Assembly (NCBI RefSeq): GCF_004010195.1
Contig: NC_057718.1
Location: 57,921,375 to 57,985,374 of the forward strand
Direction: 5' to 3'
Length of the DNA: 64,000 nt
Origin: Chiloscyllium plagiosum
Lineage: Eukaryota
A program made the translations under genes and the position numbers. The notes beneath the pieces are model-generated. The model made no database searches. It was given only the letters and a program-made list of their open reading frames with translations, and had not been told where the DNA came from. This document shows, piece by piece, positions 1-12,329 of this stretch (the first letter of the stretch is position 1; each line of letters starts with the position of its first letter).

Positions 1-434
1 GAGAGCAGGTTACATTGATGCTGATTGTGTTCTGAAGGTGCTGACTGGGCTCTTGCTCCTTGGCCTGGCTATTAGTCTTCCTAATGTGAACCTGGACAGA
101 GAATGTCCTATGACTATTTAGGAGCAACAAATACGATCCAGCCCTCTCCTCACCCAACACTTATATGGTGAGTCACTGAATGGTGATCAACAGCAGAATG
201 TTAACTTTTAAATCCAACTGTACCAAGCTCTACTGCAATGCACATACTGGTTGAAATCTGCTAATTTCACATGAAGCAAGATGTAGACCCATATTTTTGG
301 ATTGCATATCAGATGTTGCACCTATCCAGGAAACTGTACCATTTTATTCCTATTAACTGGACTACTATAGAACAATCCATCTCCCTTCCTGTAATTAAGT
401 GGTTTAATCATGTAAAATTAATTATGTGGGAATT

Positions 435-712
435 GGATTAGCTCAGATGGCTGGATTTTTGGTTTGCAGAGCAATGTGATGCTAACAGTGTGAGCTGAAT
501 TCCCATCGCTGGTTTGAGGTTACCATGAAGGACTGTCCTTCTCCACCTCTTCCCTTACTTGAGGTCTGGTGGCCCTCTGTTGACCCATTTATTGAACTTG
601 AGAACAATCTGCCATTATCTTACCAGATCATAAGGGCTGTGTTAAATCGCAACCAGTTGCTTCTCTCTAATAAGACAGCAGCCCTTATGATCTGGTAAGA
701 TAATGGCAGATT
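435..712 (+). mobile_element. tRNA-headed SINE (family uncertain), interrupted by an inverted duplication
   Basis: A-box-like 'tagctcagatgg' and degenerate B-box-like 'gctgaattcc'; body 'gaggttaccatgaaggac...ggtggccctc' and tail 'cagcccttatgatctggtaagataatggc' recur in reverse orientation at about 35990-36190 and 38578-38780. Confidence 0.6.
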
Positions 713-740
713 GTTCTCAAGTTCTATAAATGGGTCAACA
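578..740. repeat. 62-bp near-perfect inverted repeat (578-639 / 679-740), 39-bp spacer
   Basis: tgttgacccatttattgaac...cataagggctg is the reverse complement of cagcccttatg...aaatgggtcaaca, with one mismatch. Confidence 0.95.
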
Positions 741-2249
741 ACTAGAATGTTCACCTTACTTTTTCTTGTACTGTGTCTTTCTATCATTTTCTGTTTCCAT
801 TTCAAGTTTCTAGCAATTGTGTTTTCTTTCCGGAATACAATCCTTGCAGAGCTTCTGGTCATTTTTTCCCTATGATAGTCTTTTTTAAAATGCAGTTTTG
901 GAGATGATACAGGATAAAATAAAGTTTTCCTGCTGAGTTTTCAGATTTTTAAGAGCCTTTTTGACTCACAAGGAGTTTAAAAAACCAATTGTTGGAAAAA
1001 AATATATCCACTGCCTTATGCAATGAGAATCTTGTATATGTCTTTTGGATGTGTCAATTGCTTGAGGGGAGATTTAAACAATATTCAAGTAACCACACAC
1101 TGAGTGACTTGTCCAATTCAGTGTACCACTTGAAGTCACTTTTGAATGTAGCTGACAGACATTAAATCCTGAGAGTCCTGCAACATTTTCAGAGATATTT
1201 AATAAACTGGATTAATTTGATATTTAAAGTTGAGTTCTGGTAGAGTTGGATTTCGTCTGCTGAAAACCATTGTGAATATAGCTTAATCCATTCAGTAACT
1301 GTGGTTTAAAAAAATGAGGGGGAGAAAAGAGTGCCACATATAAAATGTCACCTGCAATATAAAACATAAATTGCCACTATTTATTGTTGTTTTATGGAGA
1401 TCTAGTTTATACAATATCCATAACAAATAAGCATATATATTGTAGCTTGTGTGATTTGAGTGAGGCATTTATGAAGAGATGGAATTGAAAGAAATATGTA
1501 ACTCTGGTGTCAAATCAATCATCTTCTATACTTTACATTGTCTGCTCGCTGAGGAGGGATGCAGCTATTTAGAGAAGGGCTAAACAAACTAGATGAGTTA
1601 TAACAGATTATGGATAGAATGCACACCTTCTAAGAAAAAAAGTAGTAAGATTTGAGTTATTTTGAGCTTTACACCAAATTTTGCAAACATCACATTCAGG
1701 TACTTGTGTGGAGTATCTCAGACTATGGCGTCTGCAAATACACAGCTCTTGAGGCTGTTTGATTTTTATCACCTAGTAAGGCTCTTTAACTCCTGATGTA
1801 CTATAACATTTCTTTATTACTTTCACTATATAATAGGTTCTCAAATACAGCTCTCCAGTGTAGTGACTACATCCCTCTTCACATGATCATTTGAGACTGG
1901 TGTCTTTTCTCTTACTGATAGTCTATTTACAAGAATCTGATTATATTAGCAAGTTGCAAATTTTTTTTACCAGGGTTTGTGATTGCAACAGTGTTCAAGC
2001 TGATTTTTAATAGATTTAGTAAGTAGTTGAGAAAGAGAAATAAAGTAATGGGGAAACAAGGTAAGGTCATGTGATTAGAAATATTGTTTGTCTAAAGGAT
2101 AAATATCACCATCAATTCTCTGGGTCGAATGGATTTTTTCTATGTAGTGATTTCTAAGTAATTTCTAAGTAATTATGTGTTATTCGTTATTCAATGAATT
2201 TCTTTCTAATTTAAAGACTGAAGCAATGACTGTTGCTGTTTTTTGACAG

Positions 2250-2287
2250 AGTTTAGACAACATGGAAACACTGGATAAGTTCAATTG
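2250..2287 (+). other. Candidate short internal exon (SLDNMETLDKFN)
   Basis: Polypyrimidine acceptor 'tgttgctgttttttgacag', donor 'TG/gtaatg'; only one of three frames is open; peptide not recognised. Confidence 0.25.
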
Positions 2288-2481
2288 GTAATGCATTTTA
2301 TGGGAAGATTTTTGTTCATCATGTCAGACCCTACTGTCAGTAATGCATTCAGGTATCATATAAATTAGACTGAAATAAGCTAAATCTCAATGTAAGTAAA
2401 TTCAAATGTAGAAACCAAAGTATCTGATGTAAGTTGGGGAGGGAAGTGTTGGCAGAGTGGATTTATTACTGGACTAGTCAT

Positions 2482-2606
2482 CTTGATGAAGGGCTTTTGT
2501 CCGAAACATCAATTTTCCTGCTCCTCAGATGCTGCCTGACCTGCTGTGCTTTTCCAGCACCATTCAAATCTTGACTCTAATCTTCAGCAACTGCAGTACC
2601 CACTTC
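2482..2606 (+). mobile_element. Penelope-like pLTR fragment (family A) with degenerate hammerhead
   Basis: ttgatgaagggcttttgtccgaaacatc...gatgctgcctgacctgctgtgc matches the copies at 15009-15099 and 32048-32135; hammerhead C3 is mutated. Confidence 0.75.
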
Positions 2607-2659
2607 AGCCTAGTAATTCATAGACTCAGCTAATGCTCTGGGTTGAATACTGTGTGGAA

Positions 2660-4295
2660 TGTAGAATCCAGGAGGGCAAGCCAGGAGCAGCATCAAAAAA
2701 GAATTTGAGAAAATCTGATGAAGATAAGACACAGGATTACCTACATACCAAACAGCATAAGCAGTGAATGATAGACAAGGTTGAGTGATTCCACACAAGT
2801 GGATCAGATATAAGCTCTACATTCCGAACACTTGCGAGGGGTGAATAACAATTAAGCAACTCACTGGAGACTGGAGAAGCATCCCATCCTCAACAATGGA
2901 AAGCCCAGAACATCAGTACAAAGGATAAGGCTGAAGCATCTCCAACAACTGCAAGAACTGCTGAGAACAATTTGCTCTTGATCATCAGTAAAATGTTAAA
3001 AGGGGACACCAACAGTGCTAACAAGCAGCACTTGCCTAGTAATAGCCTGTTCACTGATGCTCAGTTTGAGTTCAGCCACTCGGTTCCTGACTTCATTCCA
3101 GCCTTGGTTCACATGGCCAAAAGTCCAGAGGGAAGGTGACAGAAACTGCCCTTGAAGTAAGGGCTGCATGTGACCACATGTGGCATCAAGGAGCTCCAGA
3201 AAAACAGGAGTGAATAGGAACTAGGGGATCAATCTCCGCTGACTGGAGTCGCACCTGGCACGTCGGAAAATGGTCATTGGAGATGGAAGCTGGAAGTTGG
3301 AGTTCAATCATCTCAGCTCCAGGATGTCTCTGCAGGAGTATCAAAAGGCAGTGCCCTGGGCCTAACCATCTATAGCTGTTGCATGAATGACCTTCCTTCC
3401 ATCATAAGTTCAGAAATGGGGTTGTTTACTAATGATTACACAATGTTCAGCACCATTCACGACTCCTCAGATACTGAAGCTGTTTGTATCCAAATTCAGC
3501 ATGAGCGGGACAATATACAGGTTTGGGTTGAGAGGTGGCAAGTAACAACCATGTTTTACATGTACCAGGCAATGACCATCTCCGATAAGAGACAATCCAA
3601 CCATCACCCTTTGACAATCTATGATTTTGCTGAATACCCCATTCTCAACGTCTTGGGGTTTGCTATTGACCAGAAACTGAACTGAATTCACTATATGAAG
3701 ATAATGTCTAAGATTATTGCAGCAGATAACTTCTGCCTGATTTCCCAAAGCCTGTCCACCATCCACAAGGCACAAGTTGTGAGTGTGATGGAACATTTTT
3801 AGTTGCCTGGATCAGTGCAGCCTTCAGTAACACTCAAGAAGCTTGACACTATCCAGGATAAAACATCCCATTAGATTGGTTTCGCATCCACAAACATTCA
3901 CTCCCTCCTCAACTGATGTTCAGTAGCAGCATCATCAGTACCATCAAGAAGATACATGGAAGAAATTCATAGAGGTTCCTTAAGCAGCAGCCTTCCAAAC
4001 CCATGGCCAATACTATCTCGAGTTACAAGGGCAGCACATACAGTAACACCACTACTGCCTAAGGTCTTCTCCAAACCACTCATCATCCTGACTTGCAAAT
4101 ATATTCCTGTTCCTTCTGCATGGCTTTGTCAAAATCCTGGAACTCCCTCCCTAACAGTAATGAAGATCGATTTAATAGACTCCAGCGGTTCAAGAAAGTA
4201 GCTCACCATCACTTTTTCAGGGGCACCTAGTGGTGGGCAATAAATGTAGGCCAAGCCTGCAGCATCTACATCTCATGAAGTTTTTTCATTTAAAA
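2660..4295 (+). mobile_element. Degenerate CR1-clade LINE, 3' part (RT)
   Basis: ORF 3383-3685 'NDLPSIISSEMGLFTNDYT' (degenerate FADD region) preceded by a GVxQGSxLGP-like segment; 3' tail 'gggcaataaatgtaggcc...catctcatgaa'. Confidence 0.8.
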
Positions 4296-4529
4296 AGGCC
4301 AGAGAAGCTTATATTCCATGAACTGATGAAAATAAAGTGCAGCCAATACCCAAAAAATGACCAGATTCTGCATCAGAATATGAAGCAACTGCTTCACAAC
4401 TCAAATGCTGATGTTTCTGTTGCCTACTTTCTAGTTTTAGTTCTATGCACCAATTACCACCGTTCCAAGATTTTACACTAAACTTTGTCCATAACCCCCT
4501 TTTGAAAAACACAGCCTACAATGCACAGA

Positions 4530-4885
4530 CAGAGCATGCTGATTCTGATGAAGGTGGGGAGCACTTAATTTTTGATTACCACCTCATTGTCATGATCGTT
4601 GTGAAGAAATGAGTGAATCCTTTGTTGCTTACTTTTTGTCATCCTGTTAGTGGTCTCTGTGTTTAGCAGGAGCTGAGTCGCATTGAGTTGCAACCCTTGG
4701 GGACTAGAAACTCACAGAGTGCTGTATGGAAGGCAGTTATAGGAGTTTGACCCAGTGATAGGAATAACAACATGGTTTCAAGTCAGCCTTTTGTATGGTG
4801 TGAGGAACATCAATAGGTGGTATTGTCCCTTGCTCTTGTTCTTCTAGATGGTAGACATTGCAGTGCTGTTGGAGGAACCTGTGTG
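4530..4885 (-). mobile_element. Degenerate CR1-clade LINE fragments
   Basis: Reverse-complement similarity to the 3' region of the 2660-4295 copy (e.g. 'cccttgctcttgttcttctagatggtaga'). Confidence 0.4.
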
Positions 4886-5332
4886 GCAAAGGTGTGGAAA
4901 AGGTGGGGTCTAGCTAAAGATCCTGATGGAAAACAAACATACCGTCATCACATTCTGGTAGCCTTACTTAATATGTCCAACTAGTCAATGTAACTTGTAC
5001 TGCTAACTAGTAGGAAATAAATTACATCCCTTTTTTAAAAATATATTTTTATTGAACAAATAGATTTTTATAGTACAAATACAAAACATTACAATTCAAA
5101 ACGTACAAAAAAACCCAAATAAAAAAAGCCCAACCCACCCTCATGTACAAATATATAAACATATATAGAAAAATATAGAATTAAAAGAACCAAACTGGTT
5201 ATTTAACTAAATAAATAAATAACCAACAACAAACTAATAAATGCTAATAACTCAGCCTAGCCAAACAAAGTGCTCAGATGTCCACAGTTCCTCCTCCCTG
5301 GATATTGGACTCGTAAAACACAATCGTTACGG

Positions 5333-8300
5333 CTATATAAAAGCCCTTGTTAGTGTGGCAGATAAATCTGTTTCAAGGTATTCCAGAAAGGGCTGCCATT
5401 GCTTGTAAAAATTCTCAGTTTTATGGTGTACCATATTTGTGAGAAAATCCAGGGGAATATGCTCCATAACAATCTTCTGCCAACACGACAGGCCTGGTGG
5501 ATTTTTGGATATCCAACCTAGCAAGATATTCTTTCTTGCACAAAACGGGAGAATATTGAAAAGCTTTCTCTTATGCAGGCCTTCAGTAAATACAGTGGGC
5601 AGGCCCAAAAGGAGAGAGATAGGGTCCTTCTCCACCCTTATACCCAAAATCCTCTCCATTTCCCCGCCGCAGCACTCCAATATGTTTGAAGCCTATCGTA
5701 AGACCAAAGACAATGGGTAAGAGTGCCCGTACAGACCTTGCACTTGGGACATGCTGAAGGTACCCCTGGTTTAAATTTTGACAAACGGTCCAGAGCCAAG
5801 TGGACCCTATGGAGAATCTTGAACTGTACAACATGGGTCTTATTGCAAGTTCATATCTTCCTTGCATTCTTCCAAATATCCTTCCATGCCTCTGAGGAAA
5901 CTTAAACACCCAGCTCTCTTTCCCACATCCTGCAGAGTTGATCAAACTCATCTGAGGCAGCATCCCCCAAATGATGATATCAAGTACTGACAGAAAGTGT
6001 ACTCTTAGCACTTAGCACCCCCCCCCCTCTCTATGTCAGATTTGTAGGGATCAGTCAAAAGTGTGGTCTCTTTTTGAATAAAATCTCTAACTTGAAAAAA
6101 TCGAAAGAGGTCTCTATTAGATAACTCGCACTTCCGTACTAACTGATTGAAGGACATCATTATGTCTCCCTCAAGTAAATCGCCCATGCAAGATACACCC
6201 CTAGCTGCCCAACGTTTAAATCCTCAATCTATCATACCTGGTTGAAGACCCAGCATATCCACTAAAGGTGTTAACAAAGGTGTTTTGCCAATATTACCTT
6301 CTCTCTGCTGAATTGCCCTCCTTGCTTTAACAGTATTGATGACTATTGGGTTATGGCAATATTCCCTAACTGTCCTCATTTTGTCCAAAAACAGCAAACT
6401 GGTAAGGGGGCACCTTGCCTGGGAGACTTCGATATCTAGCCATATTGAAAGGTGATCTCCACAAACCTAATCACTCACACAGGACAAAAGCGAACTTAAT
6501 TGGTAATTTTTAATGTCTGGAAGGTCCACTCCCCCCAATCTGTGAGGCAGTTGCAGTTTGCCTAATTTAATGAGGGGCCGCTTACGGTGCCAAATAAAGG
6601 AGCTGAACCAGCTGTTCAGCCTCCTGAATGTTTATTTATTGAAACTCAGGGGGAGCATCCGTATTGGGTATAGCAAACAAGGGAGAATATTCATCTTAAA
6701 AAGCGCTATCCGACCCAACCACGAGACTGGAAGTGCCTCCCATCTTTGAAGATAAAATTGGCTTTGAACAGCCAATCCAGAACTGGAGTAATGAATATGC
6801 TCAAATACACAAAACTCTCCAGTGACCACCTAAATGGGAATCTACAGTTGCCCTCAAGAGCCAGCTCCTTCATAAGACTACCCATTGGCATAGCCTCTGA
6901 TTTCGCAAAATTCATTTTGTAACCAAAAAAGCGCCAAACGCGTGAATGCATTGTATCAGGGGAGACACTGAAGCTGCTGGGTTTGTCAAAAAAATTAAGA
7001 CATCGTCTGCATACAATGAAATCTAATGCAATTTTGACCCCACTTCTGGAGCTGGTATATTGGGGTCCCCATGAATGGTCTCCACCAATGGTTCAATCAC
7101 CAATGTAAAAAGCAATGATGAAAGGGGACAGCCCTGTCGGCTGCCCCTAAAAATATCAAAATTGCTTGATTGTACCCCACTGGTGATGCCTGCTGCGAGA
7201 GGGCCACCGTCGAGAACCTTTATCAACCTTATGAAGATTTCGCCCAAACCAAACCGCTCTAGAGTATAGAAAAGGTATGGCTACTCAACTTGGTCAAATG
7301 CTTTCTCTGCAATCTAGAGAAATCACCAATCCCTGTATTGACTGCTATTGGCATGCTTGAATTACATTAAGGAGCTTCCTAACATTATTGGAGCATCTGC
7401 AACCTTTTATAAAGCCCATCTGATCCCTTTTAATAATAGAAGGTAATACAGTCTTCAGTCTTGACGTGAGAGTGTTAGAGAAGATTTTAAAGTCCACATT
7501 TAAGAGCGAGATGGGCCTGTATGAAGCACCGTCTTCCAGGTCCTTCCTTTTTTTAAGGATAAGTGAAATATTGGCCTCTCTCAGAGATGGTGGGAGTCAA
7601 TCATGACTGTATGAATCATTAAACATATTGAGCATCGGGCCTGACAGTATACTTATAAATTCCTTATACAATTCACTGGGAGGTCTGTCAGGACCGGGCA
7701 CCTTTCCGCTCTGAAGCTGCCTCAAAGCTTCCAGCACTTCTTGCTCTGATAATGGGGCATTGAGAAAGGACTGTTGTTCAGGAGTCATGCCCGGGAGCTT
7801 CAGATCCCTAAAAAAGGATTCCATTTTGGCCTGCCCCTCCTCACAATCCTCAGATTGGTATCACTTTGAGTAAAATCTCTGGAACGCCACATTCATTTTT
7901 TTAGAATCACGTTAGGTTCCCAGACCCTGCCCTAATCATCGTAATGGCTTGTGGGGCACCCCTCTTTTTGGAAAGATATACTAAGTACTTGCCTGACTCA
8001 TCACCATGCTCGTATAACCTTTGCTTTGCAAAAGCCAGCTCCTTCTTTGCCATTTGCATGAGCACAGAATTTAATGCACCGTGCGTCAAGGACACGTTGC
8101 TGCTCACCCTTCTGCCGCTTCCTACGAGTGGAATATGAAATAACTAACCCCCTAGCATAGGCTTTGGCCTATGTTGATGTCTGGGAACGCCTGAAATTCC
8201 CTAGAGAAATACTCCGCAGAGATGGTATTTTATCAATCATACAAGATGCCATCAAATCCAGGGTTACTGCAGGTGTCAGAAAAAAAATAGTCCAAGTGTG

Positions 8301-8710
8301 GCATCTGTGTTGATTGGAGAAAAATGAAAAATCCCTGCCTGTCGGGTGGAGACGCCTCCAGACGTCCACCAACCCGAACTCCCCACACAGACCCACTAAC
8401 TGTTTAGTTTGTACTGAGGGTATCGAGATTCCTTTGGGCAACCTGTCTACTGTGGGATCCATGAGACAGTTAAAATCTCCCACTATAATGATGTGCTGGG
8501 ACTTGAGACTTATCAGTTTAGAAAAAGTGTCTACCAAAAATTTAAGAGGATGAGCTGGAGGGCAATAAACATTTAAAACACCATATACTTCCCCATTTAT
8601 CAAGGCTTTAAGAATTACAAACCTCCTGTGTGTGTCTTTAACACACTCCAACAACTTAAATGGGTGATTCTTCTGAACCAATATAGCCACTCCCCTACTT
8701 CTCAGAGAGG
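5333..8710 (-). pseudogene. L1 ORF2 (APE endonuclease, RT, C-terminal Cys-rich region), frameshifted, N-terminus deleted
   Basis: EN motifs 'GVAIL', 'NVYCP', 'VGDFN', 'LVDVWRRLHP'; RT motifs 'PGPD', 'RQGCPLSSLLF', 'ALFKMNILP'; multiple stops. Confidence 0.93.
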
Positions 8711-9013
8711 AGGAACCTGAACCACAAATTGTTGAGCCTTAGTGTCACATGATCCACCAAATATAAAAGCTACATAAACTAAAACCACTACATTTAACAA
8801 ACCTACAAAACTATTGAGAATAAAAAACAACAAAAACCAAAAACCAAACCAACATATAAAGCACCAACAGCACTGAGTAGGGGAACTCACCCCCTGCTCA
8901 GAGAGGGCAACTACCCATCCCAAACTGCCCATAAGTAGGCATCTAACCATCCCAACCACCTTTACTTCTCCCAGCTAAAGCCGCACTGCAAACACAAGCA
9001 GAAAATTTCTGTT

Positions 9014-9053
9014 GCAGACGTTTCATCCCCTGTCTAGGTGACATCCTCAGTGC
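9014..9053 (-). ncRNA. Minimal type I hammerhead ribozyme motif (mirror copy)
   Basis: Exact reverse complement of the 9287-9326 motif. Confidence 0.8.
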
Positions 9054-9286
9054 TTGGGAGCCTCCTGTGAAGCGCTTCTGTGTTGTTTCCTCCGGCATTT
9101 ATAGTGGTTTGTCTCTGCCGCTTCCGGTTGTCAGTTCCAGCTGTCCGCTGCAGTGGCTGGTATATTTGGGTCCAATATACCGGCCACTGCAGCGGACAGC
9201 TGGAACTGACAACCGGAAGCGGCAGAGACAAACCACTATAAATGCCGGAGGAAACAACACAGAAGCGCTTCACAGGAGGCTCCCAA

Positions 9287-9326
9287 GCACTGAGGATGTC
9301 ACCTAGACAGGGGATGAAACGTCTGC
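9287..9326 (+). ncRNA. Minimal type I hammerhead ribozyme motif
   Basis: gca-CTGAGGA-t-[gtcacct agac aggggat]-GAAA-C-GTC-tgc: stem I gca/tgc, intact CUGANGA and GAAA cores, palindromic ACGT stem III, predicted cleavage after C9323. Confidence 0.82.
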
Positions 9327-9678
9327 AACACAAATTCCCAGCTCGGCGAACAGAACCACAACAACGAGCACCCAAGCTACAAATCTTCTCACAAACTTTG
9401 AACAAGCAGAAAGGAATAAACACCACATAGAATACCAATATGAATAAAAAACATTTTTGTTTAAAAAGGGTAAAAAAATACCCCACCCATCCTTTGGTAT
9501 ATCCTAACTTAGAAATTGAAAATGTACATCTTAACCACCGCCAAACATAGTTTAAACCAAATTATTACCAATAGAGGAAAAAAAAGATAAAGCTCCAAAC
9601 AGATTTCCTCCGTTTCTTTTACAGAATGATGAACACATATCCAAACAACACTATTTATACATATTACAATTGTTCAAA

Positions 9679-10455
9679 TTAGGTTAGTTTGTCCACAAAG
9701 TCTCTTGCCTTCTCCGACGTGTCAAAGAGATGTATGGATCCATCTAAGGTAATCCAAAGCACTGCCGGATACCTCAGGGAGCACTGAATCCCAAGCTCCC
9801 TCAGTCTTCTCTTGACATTGTTGTAAGATTTTCATTTCTGGATCACTATCGCTGAGATGTCTTGAAAGAACATGATCTTAGAGCCCTCCTAAATTAGGGC
9901 CTTTGGATCTTTCCCCTGGTCTCTGGAAGCATCCATGGCTCTCTCCTTATCCTGGTAATGATGGAACCAGACCTGATCTCTGTGCTGCGACCCGGTGAGC
10001 CCTCTCTATCTTCATGCCAGCCTCCAAGACATGGAATTTCGGCTGCCAATCCTCAACAAATTCTGTAGGCCGCTCACCTTCCTTACCCTCAGGCAGACCA
10101 ATGATCCGAAAGTTTGTCTCCTGCCCTTGTTCTCAAGATCATCCACTTGGTCACGCAAATTATGGACCTGCATCTCCAGGGTTTGGATCCTATCCTTGGA
10201 TGAACCGGCATCAGCTTCCACCATTGTGACCCTATGCTCCACCTCATCCGTCCTCTTCTCCAGGTCCCCCAGCTGCTGCTGATGCTTCTGCAGCATAAGA
10301 GAGATTGGAACCAGCTTCTCTTCAATCTGTTTCCCAAGTATCTTGTGAGATTTCGAGAGCTGGTTCACCAGGGCCTGGAGAGTAATCGGCTCCGAGGATC
10401 ACGCAGGCTGAACTGCAGACCCGGCCTTGGATGCTCCTCCTCCCTTTTTTGGCAT
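9679..10455 (-). pseudogene. L1 ORF1 (coiled coil plus RRM/CTD), disrupted
   Basis: 'LEKRTDEVEHRVTMVE...LRDQVDDLENKGRR' coiled coil followed by the conserved N..RR motif; C-terminal 'SLRYPAVL'. Confidence 0.9.
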
Positions 10456-10859
10456 CTCTGGACGGTTAGAAACAGAGGCAAGTTTGTTTTTAGAAGTTTC
10501 TAAAAGATTGTGGCAAGTTCCACAATCTTTCCCGAGTCCCAAAATACCACGATGGCCTGGGTTGGGCGGGTTAAAGGTTCATTCTGCTTGTGCTGTGATG
10601 CAGAGCCCTGCAGTGCGATCTTCTCAGATCGCCGCCATCTTGGATCCCCCAAATTACATCCTTTTAAGATAAATGCCTCTTTATTAAGATTTCTTAGTTG
10701 TTTATCTTCTACCATTGCTTACAAATTAGATCCTTAGACCCAGTATTTTGGTCTGAAGATCTCTAAACAGTCCAATGCTGGATCTACCAGTGAGGCAGTG
10801 GTGCTGAATGATATGGGTTTACAGACACATTTTCTGCTGTTTGAATTTGGCCTCCATTG

Positions 10860-11003
10860 TCAAAGAATAATTGACACTTTTGTGGATGCTTCTCCTCCAG
10901 TTTGGATGGTCTTGGGTAAGAAATTTCTTCAGGGAGGCTTTAGGATACTCTTTTAGCATTTTTTCTGATAACCAGTGGCCATGATCAAGCTCAGAGTCGG
11001 GAA
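10860..11003 (-). mobile_element. RTE LINE 3' fragment
   Basis: Reverse complement encodes degenerate 'LKASLKK...DHPNWRR', typical of the RTE C-terminus. Confidence 0.45.
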
Positions 11004-11007
11004 TTTA

Positions 11008-11875
11008 TGTTATTACTGAAGCCGGAGGAATACATGCTCACTCTAATCCCAGTACTCCACGGGTCACAATGTACCATTTTATTTTATTTCCCAGTTGCTG
11101 AGATGACCAATTAAATATCTAATCTATATTAAGTATTAAATAAGAAAGACCCATCAACCAAACTTTTAAAATAAAGACAGTTTTTAGTTTAATATGAAAA
11201 CAAAGCTTATTCAATGTAGATGCAATAACTGGCTAATGTGCACACTCAATAACATGAAGTACAAATGTTTGTCCCATAATCCAACACAAATACCACCTCT
11301 TTAGGAAAAGAGAAAGAAATCAGATTTCTCCCTGCAGAAGTTCAGTTTGAAAGAAACACTTTTTGGCCATTAGAGTTATTCACAAAGACACAAAAAGATG
11401 AACCATACAATGTTCCACATCTGTCACTCTGATTTTCTGGCACGTTGAGGTCAAATTTATATTTCATTATCTCTGGTGGTTTGGCAGTTGCACCTTGCTC
11501 AGGAAATATCATATTGAGAAGTTCCTTTGAATATTCTTTTGGGCAAGCAAAGGGATTCCACCCTGAACTCGACAAGAGTGTTCTTCTCAGACCTGGGAGA
11601 AAATGGCTGGGCAGCCCTTTCTCATACACTTCTTGTTCACCAACTGATTCTGGATACTAAAGCATCCTCTATACCCTCACTGATCAAGCAGTCTAAGCAG
11701 TGGTCTATAGTAGAAGAAGCAGTTATCACCAATCATGTCATTTCTAGAAAGCCTTTCAAACAAAAACCTCCAATATTCATAATGACCTTTTAACATCCTC
11801 TTTTCAAGAAACCACTCCATGCATGTTCACAAAAATTGAAAGTAATCCATAAGTTCTCCAGTTAAATATTAAATA
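11008..11875. mobile_element. Possible solo LTR
   Basis: Begins TGTTAT, non-coding, with 'tttattttatt' (AATAAA on the - strand) near the left end; no CA terminus or TSD confirmed. Confidence 0.3.
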
Positions 11876-12329
11876 TGAAGCATCTTTGTAATACTTACTT
11901 TGGAAATCGAATGAAGGATATGGAAGATGTGGCCCATTCAACACAGCTAATTGATCATATCCAGTGCCTCAATGCTGGGGATGTTGGCCGAAGAGCAGAC
12001 ATAATATTGGAAGACTTGGATTTACAAGATTTTGCAGAGGCATTGCTGGTGATATTTCTCTAGGGATTTGAGGTGTCTGCTATGTATATTGGCTAGGTGT
12101 TCAATACTTACAGAAGGGCAGGTAGCCTATGAGCTCGATGCTGGTTTGATGTCATTGTTATTAAACATTTTATTTCTGCCAAAGCCTGTGCTGGCATCAA
12201 ATCGAATGTACAGACAAATGAAGCCTAAGACTGAACAAAAAAGCCTATGACCAAGGCTTACCACATGGGGATCTAAGAACAGAGTGACACTCAAAGACAG
12301 AAAAACAATCAGCAATCTTTAGAAGAACA

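Larger units (their letters stand above)
9005..9401 (+). mobile_element. Non-autonomous Penelope-like insertion (family B): inverted pLTR palindrome with 11-bp TSD
   Basis: Inverted arms of about 165 bp (9004-9169 / 9172-9336); same sequence as the 3' end of the GIY-YIG copy at 58197-58440; TSD acaagcagaaa at 8994-9004 and 9402-9412; sits in the L1 inter-ORF region. Confidence 0.92.
5030..10650 (-). mobile_element. Full-length but disabled L1 retrotransposon with TSD
   Basis: 5' end GGGGGATCCAAGATGGCGG (YY1-type motif); ORF1 and ORF2 remnants; AATAAA and short A tail at about 5031-5053; TSD aaattacatcc(tttt) at 5019-5029 and 10651-10665, followed by the TTTT/AA L1 endonuclease site. Confidence 0.95.

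Noticed and set aside
9034..9486. 150-aa and 79-aa ORFs sharing the same peptide on both strands
   Set aside because: A consequence of the palindrome; not independent genes.
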